The position numbers and the translations under genes were made by a program. From a virus: a stretch of 64,000 nucleotides of DNA. The number at the start of each line of letters is the position of its first letter. Within the stretch, counting starts at the first letter, position 1. Under the pieces are notes generated by a model. That model did no database searches, was not told the DNA's origin, and saw only the letters and a program-made list of their open reading frames with translations. Location of the stretch: IMG/VR virus record IMGVR_UViG_2848853605_000003, one strand, 5' to 3'. Below, in pieces: positions 55,092 through 64,000 of the stretch.

Positions 55092-55756
55092 TGGCAGACG
55101 ACACCGCCGGCCTGATGGCCAAACTGCAGGAGATGATGCGCATCTGGTACGTCTCAGCGCGCAGCTATTGGGGGGTATTTGACGAGACATCCGACACGGC
55201 GACAATCATTGCGGAGGATGGCAGCACTAAACAGGTGCCGAGTTGGAGAGGGTTGATCAACATGCTATCGGCCGCGGTCTCAACCGGGACCTCTCAGACC
55301 ATCACGGCGGAGAAGACGATGACCGCATCGCTGATTTCCTCCCTGCCGGGCGGAACGTGGGCGTGGTGGTCTACTGTGCGTTCCCCCGCGCTCCAACTCA
55401 ACTGTCCTGACGACTCGAAATCCTATCTGCTGTGGCGCGCCAGTAAGCCAGGCCGTCGCCATCTGGCGGGGGTGGATGTCCACTCGGGCGGCAGTGACGC
55501 CGGCGTGGTCCACGTGTCGTTGCACATGGATGGGCAGGTCAACACGCATCTGTGGCGCGGGGGGGATTATCTGGCCAAGGGCTCGATTTCTGCCGGAGGC
55601 ATCATTTCCGCGGGGGCGTTTACGAGGGCGTCGCTGCCTGCCGCGAGCTCGTGTCCTGGTGGGATCGCGTTTGTTACGGACGCGCCCGGCGGCGCAACAC
55701 ACGCGTTCAGCAACGGCCAACAATGGCGGATCTACGCCAGCCCAACTGCGATTTAG
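55091..55756 (+). CDS. Short tail fibre-like protein
   Basis: DG...VPSW N-terminus; LPAA...G.IAFVTDA.GG...FSNG..WR C-terminus. Confidence 0.65.
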   Translation: MADDTAGLMAKLQEMMRIWYVSARSYWGVFDETSDTATIIAEDGSTKQVPSWRGLINMLSAAVSTGTSQTITAEKTMTASLISSLPGGTWAWWSTVRSPALQLNCPDDSKSYLLWRASKPGRRHLAGVDVHSGGSDAGVVHVSLHMDGQVNTHLWRGGDYLAKGSISAGGIISAGAFTRASLPAASSCPGGIAFVTDAPGGATHAFSNGQQWRIYASPTAI

Positions 55757-55764
55757 GAGTGGCC

Positions 55765-56055
55765 ATGGAGAGGCTGTTGATACTGTTGGTAATTGTTCAG
55801 CAACTGTTGGATATCGCCAGCACGTGGTATGCCCTGTGTACTGGAGTCGGCCACGAGGCCAACAGCTGGCTTGCCAGGGTGATGGGCCGCATCGGCGTGC
55901 TGCCAGCGCTGCTGCTGACTAAGTTGGCGCTGCTGGCTGTGTGCTGGTGGCTGCGGCCGCCGTGGCCGGCATACGCCATCCTCGCGGCGATTTACACCGC
56001 GGTGCTGATCAACAACGCAAGAGCAATCCACCAGGGCCGGCAAAACCGGCCCTGA
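55765..56055 (+). CDS. DUF5658-like membrane protein
   Basis: LLD..STWYAL..G.GHEAN...K...NN. Confidence 0.65.
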   Translation: MERLLILLVIVQQLLDIASTWYALCTGVGHEANSWLARVMGRIGVLPALLLTKLALLAVCWWLRPPWPAYAILAAIYTAVLINNARAIHQGRQNRP

Positions 56056-56073
56056 TTTATTTGGGGAAGAGAT

Positions 56074-56352
56074 ATGCAAGAGCATGAAAAAGGCGTGCTG
56101 GCTCTGCTGGTGGTTGGTGCATTGATCGGGCTGGGCAAGCTTCTGGTAAGTCAGGAATCCATCACGGTTCGCCTGGCCGTCGGCCGCGCCATCCTCGGCG
56201 GAGCCACATCGACGGTGGCCGGGGTCGCGTTGATGCAGTTCCCGAACCTGCCACTGCCGGCGCTCGTCGGTATCGGCTCCGGTTTGGGCATTCTTGGCGC
56301 ACAGTACTTGGAGGTTTGGCTCCGGCGCCGGGCGGATACGCTGGCGCGCTAA
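56074..56352 (+). CDS. Holin
   Basis: Three TM segments; GALIGLGKLL.S.E.IT.RL..GRAILG. Confidence 0.8.
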   Translation: MQEHEKGVLALLVVGALIGLGKLLVSQESITVRLAVGRAILGGATSTVAGVALMQFPNLPLPALVGIGSGLGILGAQYLEVWLRRRADTLAR

Positions 56353-56531
56353 TACGACAACTGCTGGTCTATCCGCTGCGCAATGCATTTCGCCGGCAGG
56401 GTTACATCCGGAGAGTCCGCGCGCCGCTCGCACACTGCGGTGTCTGCGCTGCTCTCAACCCATCCTGCCAGCAGGTAGAGGCAGACGGCCAACACCATCC
56501 CGTACAGCATGACTGGCAGCGCGCGGTCCAT
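56349..56531 (-). CDS. Small counter-oriented membrane protein
   Basis: 60 aa, N-terminal TM helix, two C-terminal Cys. Confidence 0.35.
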   Translation of the reverse strand: MDRALPVMLYGMVLAVCLYLLAGWVESSADTAVCERRADSPDVTLPAKCIAQRIDQQLSY

Positions 56532-56634
56532 GGCATTCCCCGACTGTGACGATGTCTCGTTTTATGACGCTGGCCGCCGGCCGGCAACTGACCCTTCGGC
56601 CCGCCTCGCGCGGGCCGTTTCCATTGGAGATGCA

Positions 56635-57075
56635 ATGAAAACCAACGCCTCGGGCATCCGCCTGATCAAGCAATTCGAGGGGCTGCGCCTGGCCGCCTAC
56701 CAGGATATGGTGGGGGTCTGGACCATAGGCTACGGCCATACCGGTCCGGATGTGAAGGCCGGCCTGATCATCACCCAGCAACAGGCGGACAAGCTGCTGG
56801 CGGCCGATCTGGAAAAATTCGAAACCGGCGTCGGTCAACTGGTGGCCGTGCCGCTGAACGCCAACCAGTTCGCCGCGCTGGTCAGCTTCAGCTACAACCT
56901 GGGCCTGGGCAATCTGCGCAGCTCCACGCTGCTGCGCTTGCTGAACCAGGGCGACTTCGCCGGCGCCGCCGCGCAGTTCTCGCGCTGGAACCGGGCGGGC
57001 GGCCAGGTGGTGGCCGGGCTGGCGCGCCGCCGTCAGGCTGAGCAGGCACTGTTCAATTCACTGGAGGGGCTGTGA
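56635..57075 (+). CDS. Endolysin, GH24 lysozyme
   Basis: IKQFEG...AYQD..GVWTIGYGHT...SFSYNLG...GL.RRR.AE. Confidence 0.95.
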   Translation: MKTNASGIRLIKQFEGLRLAAYQDMVGVWTIGYGHTGPDVKAGLIITQQQADKLLAADLEKFETGVGQLVAVPLNANQFAALVSFSYNLGLGNLRSSTLLRLLNQGDFAGAAAQFSRWNRAGGQVVAGLARRRQAEQALFNSLEGL

Positions 57076-57608
57076 TGGACTGGAAACAAATCGTGGGCAC
57101 GGTGGCCCCGTGGATCGGGACCGCGCTCGGCGGCCCGCTGGGCGGCATGGCCGTCAGCGCGGTGGCGGACGCGATCGGTCTGCCGGAGAAAACCGAGGAG
57201 GCGGTCAAACAGGCTCTGGCCGGCGTGACGCCGGAGCAGATGCTGGCCGTCAAACAGGCTGACCAGCAATTCGCGGCGAAAATGCAGGAACTTGGGTTCC
57301 AGAACCAGCGGGATCTGGAGGCGATTGCCGCCGGCGACCGGGCCAGCGCACGAGAACGCGAGATCAAAACCGGCGACATCACGCCGCGGCTGCTGGCGGC
57401 CGTCGTCGTCGCCGGTTTTTTCGGCATCATGGCGCTGATGATTTTCCAGGAACTGCCGCCCAACGGCCGGGACTCGCTGCTGGTGCTGGTCGGAGCGCTG
57501 GGCGCGGCGTTCGGCTCCATCATCCAGTATTACTACGGCAGCTCGGCCGGCAGTGCCGAGAAGGCGCGCACGATCGACGCCATGAAGCGCGGGTCTGGCG
57601 CACAGTAA
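57075..57608 (+). CDS. 3TM-type holin-like protein
   Basis: VAPWIGTALGGPLGG...DRASAR.RE...YYYGSS.GS. Confidence 0.7.
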   Translation: MDWKQIVGTVAPWIGTALGGPLGGMAVSAVADAIGLPEKTEEAVKQALAGVTPEQMLAVKQADQQFAAKMQELGFQNQRDLEAIAAGDRASAREREIKTGDITPRLLAAVVVAGFFGIMALMIFQELPPNGRDSLLVLVGALGAAFGSIIQYYYGSSAGSAEKARTIDAMKRGSGAQ

Positions 57609-57686
57609 GAAAGCGGCGCGGCCGGGTGTTACAGCAGCGGGCCGCGCCATCGTAGTTCGCAGGAGTAGAAATGCTATGCTTAAAGC

Positions 57687-58328
57687 ATGTGCGTAAATTT
57701 CACCCCGCCCACGGTACAGCAGATGCGCCAGCACTTTGGCTATGAGGTCGAAGACGGCCTCTGGAAGCCTGATTGCTGGCAGGGCTATGCTGCACCGATC
57801 ATCACCCGCAATGGGCTGGAGCTGGCGACCTATGGTTTCGTGCCAAAGCGCCATCTGCCGCCTGGCGTGCGCATTACCACCATGAACGCACGCGCTGAGA
57901 CGATTGGGGAGAAACCCACGTACAAGGCCGCGTGGCGCAAATGTCAGTTGTGCCTGGTGCCGATGCAGGCCTTCTTCGAGCCCTGCTACGAGACCGGCAA
58001 GGCAGTGCGGACGCGGATCGGTCGGGCCAATGGCGAGCCCTTCGCCGTCGCCGGAATGTGGCGGGAGTGGAAAGAGCCAGAAGGCTCGGCCAGCTACGCA
58101 TTTACGCAGATCACCATCAATGCCGATGAGCATCCGCTGATGAGGCGCATGCACAAGCCCGGCGATGAAAAGCGCTCGCTGGTCATCGTGCCGCCAGACC
58201 ACTATCAGGAGTGGCTGGCGTGCCAGGAGCCAGAGCTTGCACGGGCATTCCTGGCAGAATTTCCGCCAGAGCTGATGATGGCGACCCCCGACCCATTGAA
58301 GAAATCCGCTAGCGGCAAGGAGGCGTAA
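57687..58328 (+). CDS. SOS response-associated peptidase (SRAP/HMCES)
   Basis: N-terminal MC, NARAET, FFEP, MH...KR. Confidence 0.9.
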   Translation: MCVNFTPPTVQQMRQHFGYEVEDGLWKPDCWQGYAAPIITRNGLELATYGFVPKRHLPPGVRITTMNARAETIGEKPTYKAAWRKCQLCLVPMQAFFEPCYETGKAVRTRIGRANGEPFAVAGMWREWKEPEGSASYAFTQITINADEHPLMRRMHKPGDEKRSLVIVPPDHYQEWLACQEPELARAFLAEFPPELMMATPDPLKKSASGKEA

Positions 58329-58639
58329 TGGGACGAATCGCGTGTCTTGTGATTTATCTTTTCAATTATTTTGATGTGCGTTCCGGCTCTGATGAGGAGC
58401 GGGAATACAAAAGATGCAGACTGGGGATGTGGTTCGGATTGTTCTTGGCAATTACCCTGTGGTTCGTGGCTATTTCATACCTTCCTGCCTGGGGTAATCC
58501 ACTTGATGCGGCTACGTTTGGCGAGCGAACCGCATCCGTGGTGTTTGCTGGACTGGCATTCGCGTTCAGCGTTCTTAGTTTGTGGTCCGCGTGGAGGCTG
58601 TGGCGGGAGGAAGTGTTGCGTCACAGCGGCCGAGATTAG
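58328..58639 (+). CDS. Small membrane protein
   Basis: Two TM segments. Confidence 0.45.
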   Translation: MGRIACLVIYLFNYFDVRSGSDEEREYKRCRLGMWFGLFLAITLWFVAISYLPAWGNPLDAATFGERTASVVFAGLAFAFSVLSLWSAWRLWREEVLRHSGRD

Positions 58640-59910
58640 CCAACTGTCAGCAGCTCATCTAGCCGTGTCGTATACCGTGGCGACCTCACATCCTGGCGCA
58701 TCTGCCAACGCTGGGTCATGTCCTCGGACGCCAGCCGTACCGTGCCGCGGCCGAATTGTCGCGTGATCGTGTCCATGGTTTGCATCAACCGTTGGCGTCG
58801 TGGATCTGGTGGTGCTGCGAACAGGTCCGACTGCACGACTCCGCGCGGGCCGATTTCCATCAGAACGATGCCGGCCTTGTGGTACAGGTAGCCGCGCCGG
58901 TAGATGACACGCAGGCCGGCAAGCGCCGCGCGCGTGATCTCGATTGTGTCATCTGAGGCCTGGACCAGCGGCATCACGATGTATGGCCGATACTGCGCCA
59001 CGTCGCTGAATGGGCTGGTGCGGATGCCGACGCCGACCATGCGCGCGGTCGAGCCCTGGGCGCGCAGCTTCTCGGCGGCGCGCGCTGCGTGGTGAGAGAT
59101 GGACGCGATCAAGGTGTTCAGGTCGCGCACCTTCTTTGAAAACGACCTCGATGCAATGATCTGCTGCTTGCTGGGCGTCACGTCTTCCAGTGCAAGGCAA
59201 CTGACGCCGTTCAGCTCCTGCACCGTCCGCTCCACGACCACGCTGAACTGCCGCTTGATGCGCCGCGGGTCGGCCCGCTTGAGGTCCAGCGCGCTGAACA
59301 CACCCATCGCCTGTAGCTGCTCGGATAGCCGGCGCCCAATCCCCCACACATCCCCCACCTCAATCTGCGCCATCATCTGGTCGGCCTCGGCCTGCGTCAC
59401 AAAGTCCCACTCGAACACGCCGGCCCATTTCGGCTGTTTCTTTGCGATCCGGTTCGCCAGCTTGGCCAGGGTCTTCGACGGTCCCATGCCGACGCACGTC
59501 GGGATGCCGACCCGGCGCAGCACAGCCTCGCGCATCCGGTGTCCATGGCTGTCCAGATCCGGCATGCCGGTCATATCGAGGAAGCATTCGTCGATGCTGT
59601 AGACCTCTTGATCGGCGGCGAACTCCGAAAGCACCCGCATCATGCGTCGGCTCATGTCGCCGTACAGCGCGTAGTTCGAGCTGAACACCGCCACGCCATG
59701 TTCGCGGCAGACATCCGCGATCTCGAAGAAGGGCCCGAACATGCGCAGCCCTGGCAGCGCCTTTGCCTCGGTGCTGGCTGCCACCACGCAGCCGTCGTTG
59801 TTGCTCAGGACGACGATAGGCTTACCGATCAGGTCTGGCCGGAACACGCGCTCGCAGCTGGCGTACATGCTGTTGCCGTCCACGAGGGCGAACAGGGTCT
59901 TGGCGCTCAT
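58636..59910 (-). CDS. umuC: Y-family DNA polymerase V catalytic subunit
   Basis: [39 protein letters not shown]. Confidence 0.95.
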   Translation of the reverse strand: MSAKTLFALVDGNSMYASCERVFRPDLIGKPIVVLSNNDGCVVAASTEAKALPGLRMFGPFFEIADVCREHGVAVFSSNYALYGDMSRRMMRVLSEFAADQEVYSIDECFLDMTGMPDLDSHGHRMREAVLRRVGIPTCVGMGPSKTLAKLANRIAKKQPKWAGVFEWDFVTQAEADQMMAQIEVGDVWGIGRRLSEQLQAMGVFSALDLKRADPRRIKRQFSVVVERTVQELNGVSCLALEDVTPSKQQIIASRSFSKKVRDLNTLIASISHHAARAAEKLRAQGSTARMVGVGIRTSPFSDVAQYRPYIVMPLVQASDDTIEITRAALAGLRVIYRRGYLYHKAGIVLMEIGPRGVVQSDLFAAPPDPRRQRLMQTMDTITRQFGRGTVRLASEDMTQRWQMRQDVRSPRYTTRLDELLTVG

Positions 59911-60335
59911 TGCCTGAACTTCTTCACTGCGCCGGTCACGACACCCCATACAAGCAGCTCTTGGCCAGAATGCAGGGTAATCGGCGCGTAGGCGGGGTTC
60001 TCCGGCATCAGCGCGCAGGAGCCGCCGCGGCTGTGCAGTCGCTTCACGGTGAACTCGCCATCGACCACGGCGACCACGATGTCGCCATGAGCGGGCGCCA
60101 GGCCCTTGTCCACGACCAGCAGGTCGCCGTTGTCGATGCCGGCGCCGATCATTGAGTCGCCACGCACGCGAACAATGAACGTCGCCGGCGGGTCGGTCAC
60201 GAGATAGTCGTGCAGGTTGATGTTGTCGTCGAGGTAGTCGTCGGCGGGCGACGGAAACCCGGCGCGAACGGGCGAGAGAACCAGCGGCAGCGGCTGACCG
60301 CCTGGCGTCGGCGTCAGATGCGGAGTAGGGGGCAT
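59907..60335 (-). CDS. umuD: UmuD-like S24 protein
   Basis: [20 protein letters not shown]. Confidence 0.95.
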   Translation of the reverse strand: MPPTPHLTPTPGGQPLPLVLSPVRAGFPSPADDYLDDNINLHDYLVTDPPATFIVRVRGDSMIGAGIDNGDLLVVDKGLAPAHGDIVVAVVDGEFTVKRLHSRGGSCALMPENPAYAPITLHSGQELLVWGVVTGAVKKFRQ

Positions 60336-60402
60336 GGTGGTGCAATATTGAATATGTACAAATTCAAATTACACCACAGGTGAGGGAATATCAAAACGGA
60401 TT

Positions 60403-60933
60403 TCAGTATGCCTTAGGCAAGGGCGTGGCCTCTCCCCACAGTCGCGCCCACTCGGCCGAGTACCGGCTCGCAAGAGGCTTCACGTTGCGCAGCAGGAGCA
60501 CGTTCTCGGCGTTTCGGTTGGCCGCCGCCGCGCTGTAGTTGAAGCTGCCCGTCTCCACGTGCTGGCCGTCGATCACCATGAATTTGTGGTGGAAGATGGC
60601 GTAGTTGCCATTCAGGCGCACCGGCACACCCTGATTCGCTAGGAACTGCGCGGCGCTGTAGCCTTTGCGGTTACTCTTCTCGTCGGCGACGACCTGCACC
60701 TTCACGCCGCGCTTATGTGCGTTCAGCAGCGACTCGGCGATGGGTTTGCTGGTGAATGAGTAGGCGGCGACCAGGATCGACGACTTAGCATTGTCGATGC
60801 CCTGCAGGACAAGCGCCAAGCCGCCACCATTGGGCGAGAACCCGACCTCATAGTCGGCGCCGGCTGGCAGCGGTGCGGCAAAAGAAAACGGCGCTACAAG
60901 AGCGCCGGCGATTAGTAGTGCGGATAGTTTCAT
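60403..60933 (-). CDS. PLD-family endonuclease (Nuc-like), exported
   Basis: Signal peptide; VGFSP, AAYSFTS, HHKFMVID, TGSFN, NAEN. Confidence 0.9.
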   Translation of the reverse strand: MKLSALLIAGALVAPFSFAAPLPAGADYEVGFSPNGGGLALVLQGIDNAKSSILVAAYSFTSKPIAESLLNAHKRGVKVQVVADEKSNRKGYSAAQFLANQGVPVRLNGNYAIFHHKFMVIDGQHVETGSFNYSAAAANRNAENVLLLRNVKPLASRYSAEWARLWGEATPLPKAY

Positions 60934-61136
60934 CAATTGGGCCTGTGTAGTTGGTAGCCATGCTGTCGCCGGCGGCGGTCAATGTCCTTGAGCCGCGCCG
61001 TGCTGAATGGTTCCGTCGTCATGCCGCCGTGCCGGCTCCCGCGACCGCCCCAGGCGCGCACGATCACCGGCCTGTCGAACAGATCCAGCTGGATGGCGAT
61101 AGCGTAGTAGCGGTCGGGGGATAGGTAGAGGCGCAT
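60933..61136 (-). CDS. WGR-like small protein
   Basis: RYY...QLDLF...VRAWGGRG...RRRQHGY. Confidence 0.7.
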   Translation of the reverse strand: MRLYLSPDRYYAIAIQLDLFDRPVIVRAWGGRGSRHGGMTTEPFSTARLKDIDRRRRQHGYQLHRPN

Positions 61137-61221
61137 GGCGGATTGCTCCTTGATTTGCAATCAGCATGGCAATTATGCGGGGATTACGCAAATTTACATC
61201 GAATAATGCGCAGATTATGTG

Positions 61222-61791
61222 TCAATTGGGCGACGGGGAGGCGAGTAGGGCGGCAATCTTCCGCACCTTGCCCCGGAAGTCTTCCTTGCCAGCCTCTGGC
61301 ATGTATTCCCACGGGTAATCAAAATCAGCAGCGAGCTTTCTGGCTGCACCCTCAATGATGCTTTCTGGCACGGCCTGAACCTGTAAGGATTCCTTACCAG
61401 TTGCCGGCGCGGCGGTGAGCATGCGAGCCGCTCGCATTGCGAAACCCTGCAGAGCTGTAGGTGCGCAAATGCCCTGCGGCGAGTACAACGCGAGTTCTTT
61501 AAGCAGAGAGCGCCATTCTTCCGGCATTGCCGGCATGGGCTGAGGTTGGCGGTACACCGGGGTCGCGAAATCCTCAAAGGGAAGCCCATATATCTGCGCC
61601 CATCGCGGAGCTTGCCTGTCATCCTCTTGGCGCAGGCGCTCCATGTGGCGTGGCCGCATATAGCCCACCACTTCGCCGCTCTGCTCGGCGGCAGCCTTCA
61701 GCGTGGCCTGGCACAGCCGGCGCATGTCCTTGCGCTCGTCCGCGTCCAGCGACCATTCCATGCTGTCTATGATTGCGTCGATGTCGATCAT
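61222..61791 (-). CDS. Mosaic hypothetical protein of the early-left family
   Basis: Contains the AEQSGE and APATGKESLQVQAVP linkers. Confidence 0.6.
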   Translation of the reverse strand: MIDIDAIIDSMEWSLDADERKDMRRLCQATLKAAAEQSGEVVGYMRPRHMERLRQEDDRQAPRWAQIYGLPFEDFATPVYRQPQPMPAMPEEWRSLLKELALYSPQGICAPTALQGFAMRAARMLTAAPATGKESLQVQAVPESIIEGAARKLAADFDYPWEYMPEAGKEDFRGKVRKIAALLASPSPN

Positions 61792-61812
61792 TGGTTTCTC
61801 CGTTCCGGTGAG

Positions 61813-61920
61813 CATTTGCTCATCTGAGCAAATGGATAAATGAGCAAGTGAGCAAGTGAGCAAGGGGGCAAGGGGGCAAGGGGGCAAGGGGGCAAGGGGG
61901 CAAGGGGGCAAATGAGCATT
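61813..61920. repeat. 8-bp periodic array plus palindrome (centromere-like)
   Basis: CATTTGCTCA-TC-TGAGCAAATG; 12 in-phase octamers from 61825 (TGAGCAAG x3, GGGGCAAG x5, and variants). Confidence 0.85.
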
Positions 61921-62165
61921 TACCCCTCGTTGTAACGGCGCAGCGGCGGTAGGCCGCGCTCTTCAAGCACGCGATTGAAGCCCTCCGTACCGAGGTCTTG
62001 CAGGCTGGACGGCCGTTCCGCCTTGGCGAGGTCTGAAAGCCGGCGGTGATCGTCGGGATGGACTTTGATCTTGATGCACACATAGACCGGCAGCGGCCTT
62101 TCTTCTTTGGCCGGCGCTTCCGCCTCGCCGGCGCCCAAGAAATCCTTCAGGCTGGTCTTGCTCAT
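61920..62165 (-). CDS. Small RHH-like partition partner (ParG-type)
   Basis: 81 aa, coupled to parA; VCIKIKVHPDDHRRLSDLA...SLQDLG.EGFN..L..RGLPP. Confidence 0.7.
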   Translation of the reverse strand: MSKTSLKDFLGAGEAEAPAKEERPLPVYVCIKIKVHPDDHRRLSDLAKAERPSSLQDLGTEGFNRVLEERGLPPLRRYNEG

Positions 62166-62794
62166 CGCGTCTTCTCCTTGATCCACTGCCACAGCGCGCG
62201 AATCTCGGCCGCAGCCTTGCCGCGCGGGTCAAACTCCGTCACCGACTGGCCGGTAGCGATGGCGCGCGAGAAGGCGATGCGCTCGCCAATCTCCACCGGC
62301 GCCACCTCGCCGAAGTCGGTCAGCGCCTGGCGCGCGTCGGCGACCTCCGGCACGCGAGAAGGGCAGGCGGACAGAACGAACAGCGGCTGCTTGCCGGCGG
62401 CCGTGACAATTTTCACGGCATTTCCTACCGCGGCCAGGTCGAAAGCTGTCGGACGAACGGGAATCAAGATGATGTCGGCGACGCGTGCGATGGCAGCCGC
62501 ATCGGGGGAGGAGTGCGGCGGCCCGTCGATGATGGCCAGGCTGAAACCTCTGCCACTACCGGCCTTGAGTGCGGCTTGCAGCTGCGATGGCGGCGTCTTG
62601 AGAACGACCGGGGAATCTGCAGCACGCCTTTCCGCCCAGCACGAAGCAGAGGCCTGCGCATCATCTCGGTCGAAGATGATGACTGAGGTGGAATCCTCTG
62701 CGGCGGCGACGCCCAGGTGAACGGCCAAGGTGGACTTACCCGAGCCGCCTTTTTGCGAGAATGTGGCGATGGTTTTCACGTTTTCTCCAGGCAT
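62162..62794 (-). CDS. parA: ParA (type Ib) Walker ATPase
   Basis: QKGGSGKST, D.D.Q.S, IIDGPP; 210 aa with no N-terminal HTH. Confidence 0.92.
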   Translation of the reverse strand: MPGENVKTIATFSQKGGSGKSTLAVHLGVAAAEDSTSVIIFDRDDAQASASCWAERRAADSPVVLKTPPSQLQAALKAGSGRGFSLAIIDGPPHSSPDAAAIARVADIILIPVRPTAFDLAAVGNAVKIVTAAGKQPLFVLSACPSRVPEVADARQALTDFGEVAPVEIGERIAFSRAIATGQSVTEFDPRGKAAAEIRALWQWIKEKTR

Positions 62795-62795
62795 G

Positions 62796-62817
62796 AAAAA
62801 ACCCGCCGAAGCGGGTT
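62796..62817 (-). terminator. Terminator between int and parA
   Basis: Minus strand AACCCGC-TTCG-GCGGGTT followed by T-run. Confidence 0.7.
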
Positions 62818-62824
62818 GGGTTGG

Positions 62825-64000
62825 TTAGGATTCAGACCGTCGTCGGTCAAGGTAATCGGCATAGTCCTGCATCATCTTTCGGCGTTTATCCAAGTGCTTG
62901 GCATGGTTGTAGGCGGCCTTCACCTTGTTGCGCTCCATGTGGGCAAGCTGGATCTCGATCACGCGTTCGTCGTAGCCAAGCTCGTGCAGCATGGTTGATG
63001 CCGTTGATCTGAAGCCGTGGCCGGAGATGATGTTCTTGAAGCCTATGCTGGCTATGACGGTGTTGATCGTTGTGGGGCTGATACCGTCGGCAGGATTGCG
63101 GGCGTTGGGGAAAATCTTATTCCTGTTGCCGCTGATGAGCTTCATCTTCTCCAGAATGGCCAGCGCTTGCGCGGAGAGGGGGACGATATGGTCCGTGGAC
63201 ATCTTCATCTTCTCGCCAGGAATGCGCCAGAGTCTGTTTTTCCAATCGATATCGCACCATTCGGCAGAGCGGATTTCGGCTGTTCTGACGAAAGTCAGCA
63301 GCATGAGCTGGGCCGCCGGCTGCGCGATTCCGTAGCCCTTGTAGGCATCCAGCGCCTTTAGAAAATTCGGGATAGAGTCCACCGCAAGCGGAGGATGATG
63401 GCGAACGACAACCCGCTTCACTAGCTGGCCCAGCGGCGCCGTTGGGTCGCTGGCACAGCGAAGCGTAGTCACTCCGTAGCGAAAGACTGCGCCTGACCAC
63501 TGGCGAAGATTCCTCGCAACAGCCACTGCGCCTCGATCAATGACCGGCTGGATGACAGAGAGCATGATGGCCGGGGTAATTTCTGAAATGGGAAGATCGC
63601 CAATCTTGGGGAAGGCGTTCAACCTGAGCGTCTTCTCCACCTGAGATCTATACCCATCCGTCCAGTGAGCTTGTGCTGAAATCCATTCATTTGCCACCTG
63701 GCTAAACGATGTGCCGGTCGAGGCGATCTGATTCGCTTTCTCGATCCTCTTGGCCATATTGGGGTTGATTCCACGCTCTACCAGCGCGCGAGCATCCTCA
63801 AGCAGCCTCCTTGCCTCGGCCAAGCCAACGGCCGGGTATTCCCCAATCGTGAACATGCTTGGCTTTCCGTCGAAACGGAAGCGATAGCGCCAAAACTTCT
63901 GGCCGGAGGGGCGCACCTCCAGGGCCAGACCCTTTGCATCAGCGATTCGGTAGACTTTGTCAGTTGGCTTTGCCTGCCTGGCCTTGGTGTCGGAGAGCAT
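62825..64000 (-). CDS. int: P4-like tyrosine integrase with arm-binding domain
   Basis: D..GL.L.V.PSG.K.W..R...G.YP; R (VRTAE), HGFR, QLAH, AYN catalytic residues. Confidence 0.95.
   Translation of the reverse strand: MLSDTKARQAKPTDKVYRIADAKGLALEVRPSGQKFWRYRFRFDGKPSMFTIGEYPAVGLAEARRLLEDARALVERGINPNMAKRIEKANQIASTGTSFSQVANEWISAQAHWTDGYRSQVEKTLRLNAFPKIGDLPISEITPAIMLSVIQPVIDRGAVAVARNLRQWSGAVFRYGVTTLRCASDPTAPLGQLVKRVVVRHHPPLAVDSIPNFLKALDAYKGYGIAQPAAQLMLLTFVRTAEIRSAEWCDIDWKNRLWRIPGEKMKMSTDHIVPLSAQALAILEKMKLISGNRNKIFPNARNPADGISPTTINTVIASIGFKNIISGHGFRSTASTMLHELGYDERVIEIQLAHMERNKVKAAYNHAKHLDKRRKMMQDYADYLDRRRSES

Larger units (their letters stand above)
1..64000. mobile_element. Lambdoid temperate siphophage/prophage (att sites outside the window)
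   Basis: Complete ordered modules from recombination to lysis plus integrase; no host housekeeping genes seen. Confidence 0.95.

Noticed and set aside
50848..55756. DGR or shufflon acting on tail genes
   Set aside because: No reverse transcriptase, invertase, TR/VR pair or inverted crossover repeats seen.
58636..60345. 569-aa UmuC as called in the ORF track
   Set aside because: The extension overlaps umuD; the true start is at 59910 ([11 protein letters not shown]).
4089..61412. 37-bp direct repeat as attL/attR
   Set aside because: Both copies are in frame inside phage genes, phage genes continue beyond both, and the integrase lies outside the interval.
61813..61920. Repeat array as a CRISPR array or as coding sequence (PPCPLA repeats in the ORF track)
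   Set aside because: Units are 8-bp tandem repeats without spacers and there are no cas genes. The real gene most likely starts at 61791 after a GGAG RBS.

Overview
The whole window is one lambdoid, long-tailed temperate phage (prophage), truncated at both ends. The host is probably a GC-rich betaproteobacterium, possibly Chromobacterium-like; this is inferred, not shown. Left to right: (1) a leftward early operon (1-15.6 kb) with dNMP kinase, modular hypothetical genes, a Dcm remnant, RdgC, an RsaL-like HTH, SSB and lambda Exo/Bet; (2) a ~4.6 kb accessory block between PL and the repressor, holding membrane/lipoproteins, a DUF2335 pair, an Ntn-hydrolase and an XRE-LuxR-small ORF module; (3) a short repressor with no S24 peptidase domain, no obvious cro, and a CII-like gene; (4) Dam, O/P-type replication, a nin region with a T5 A1-like phosphoesterase, and Q; (5) two counter-oriented operons that look like anti-CRISPR loci, ending in Aca4-like and Aca1-like HTH genes; (6) head and lambda-like tail genes with a -1 frameshift chaperone; (7) lysis genes with no visible spanins; (8) SRAP, UmuDC, a Nuc-like PLD, a WGR-like gene, ParA plus a small partner with an 8-bp centromere-like array, and a P4-type integrase. 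The strongest novel candidates are a quorum-sensing-linked lysis/lysogeny switch (XRE + AHL-type LuxR + palindrome-controlled small ORF next to a non-cleavable repressor that shares a C-terminal domain with the XRE) and two acr-aca-like operons containing uncharacterised genes. All family assignments come from recognising motifs by eye; no searches were run.
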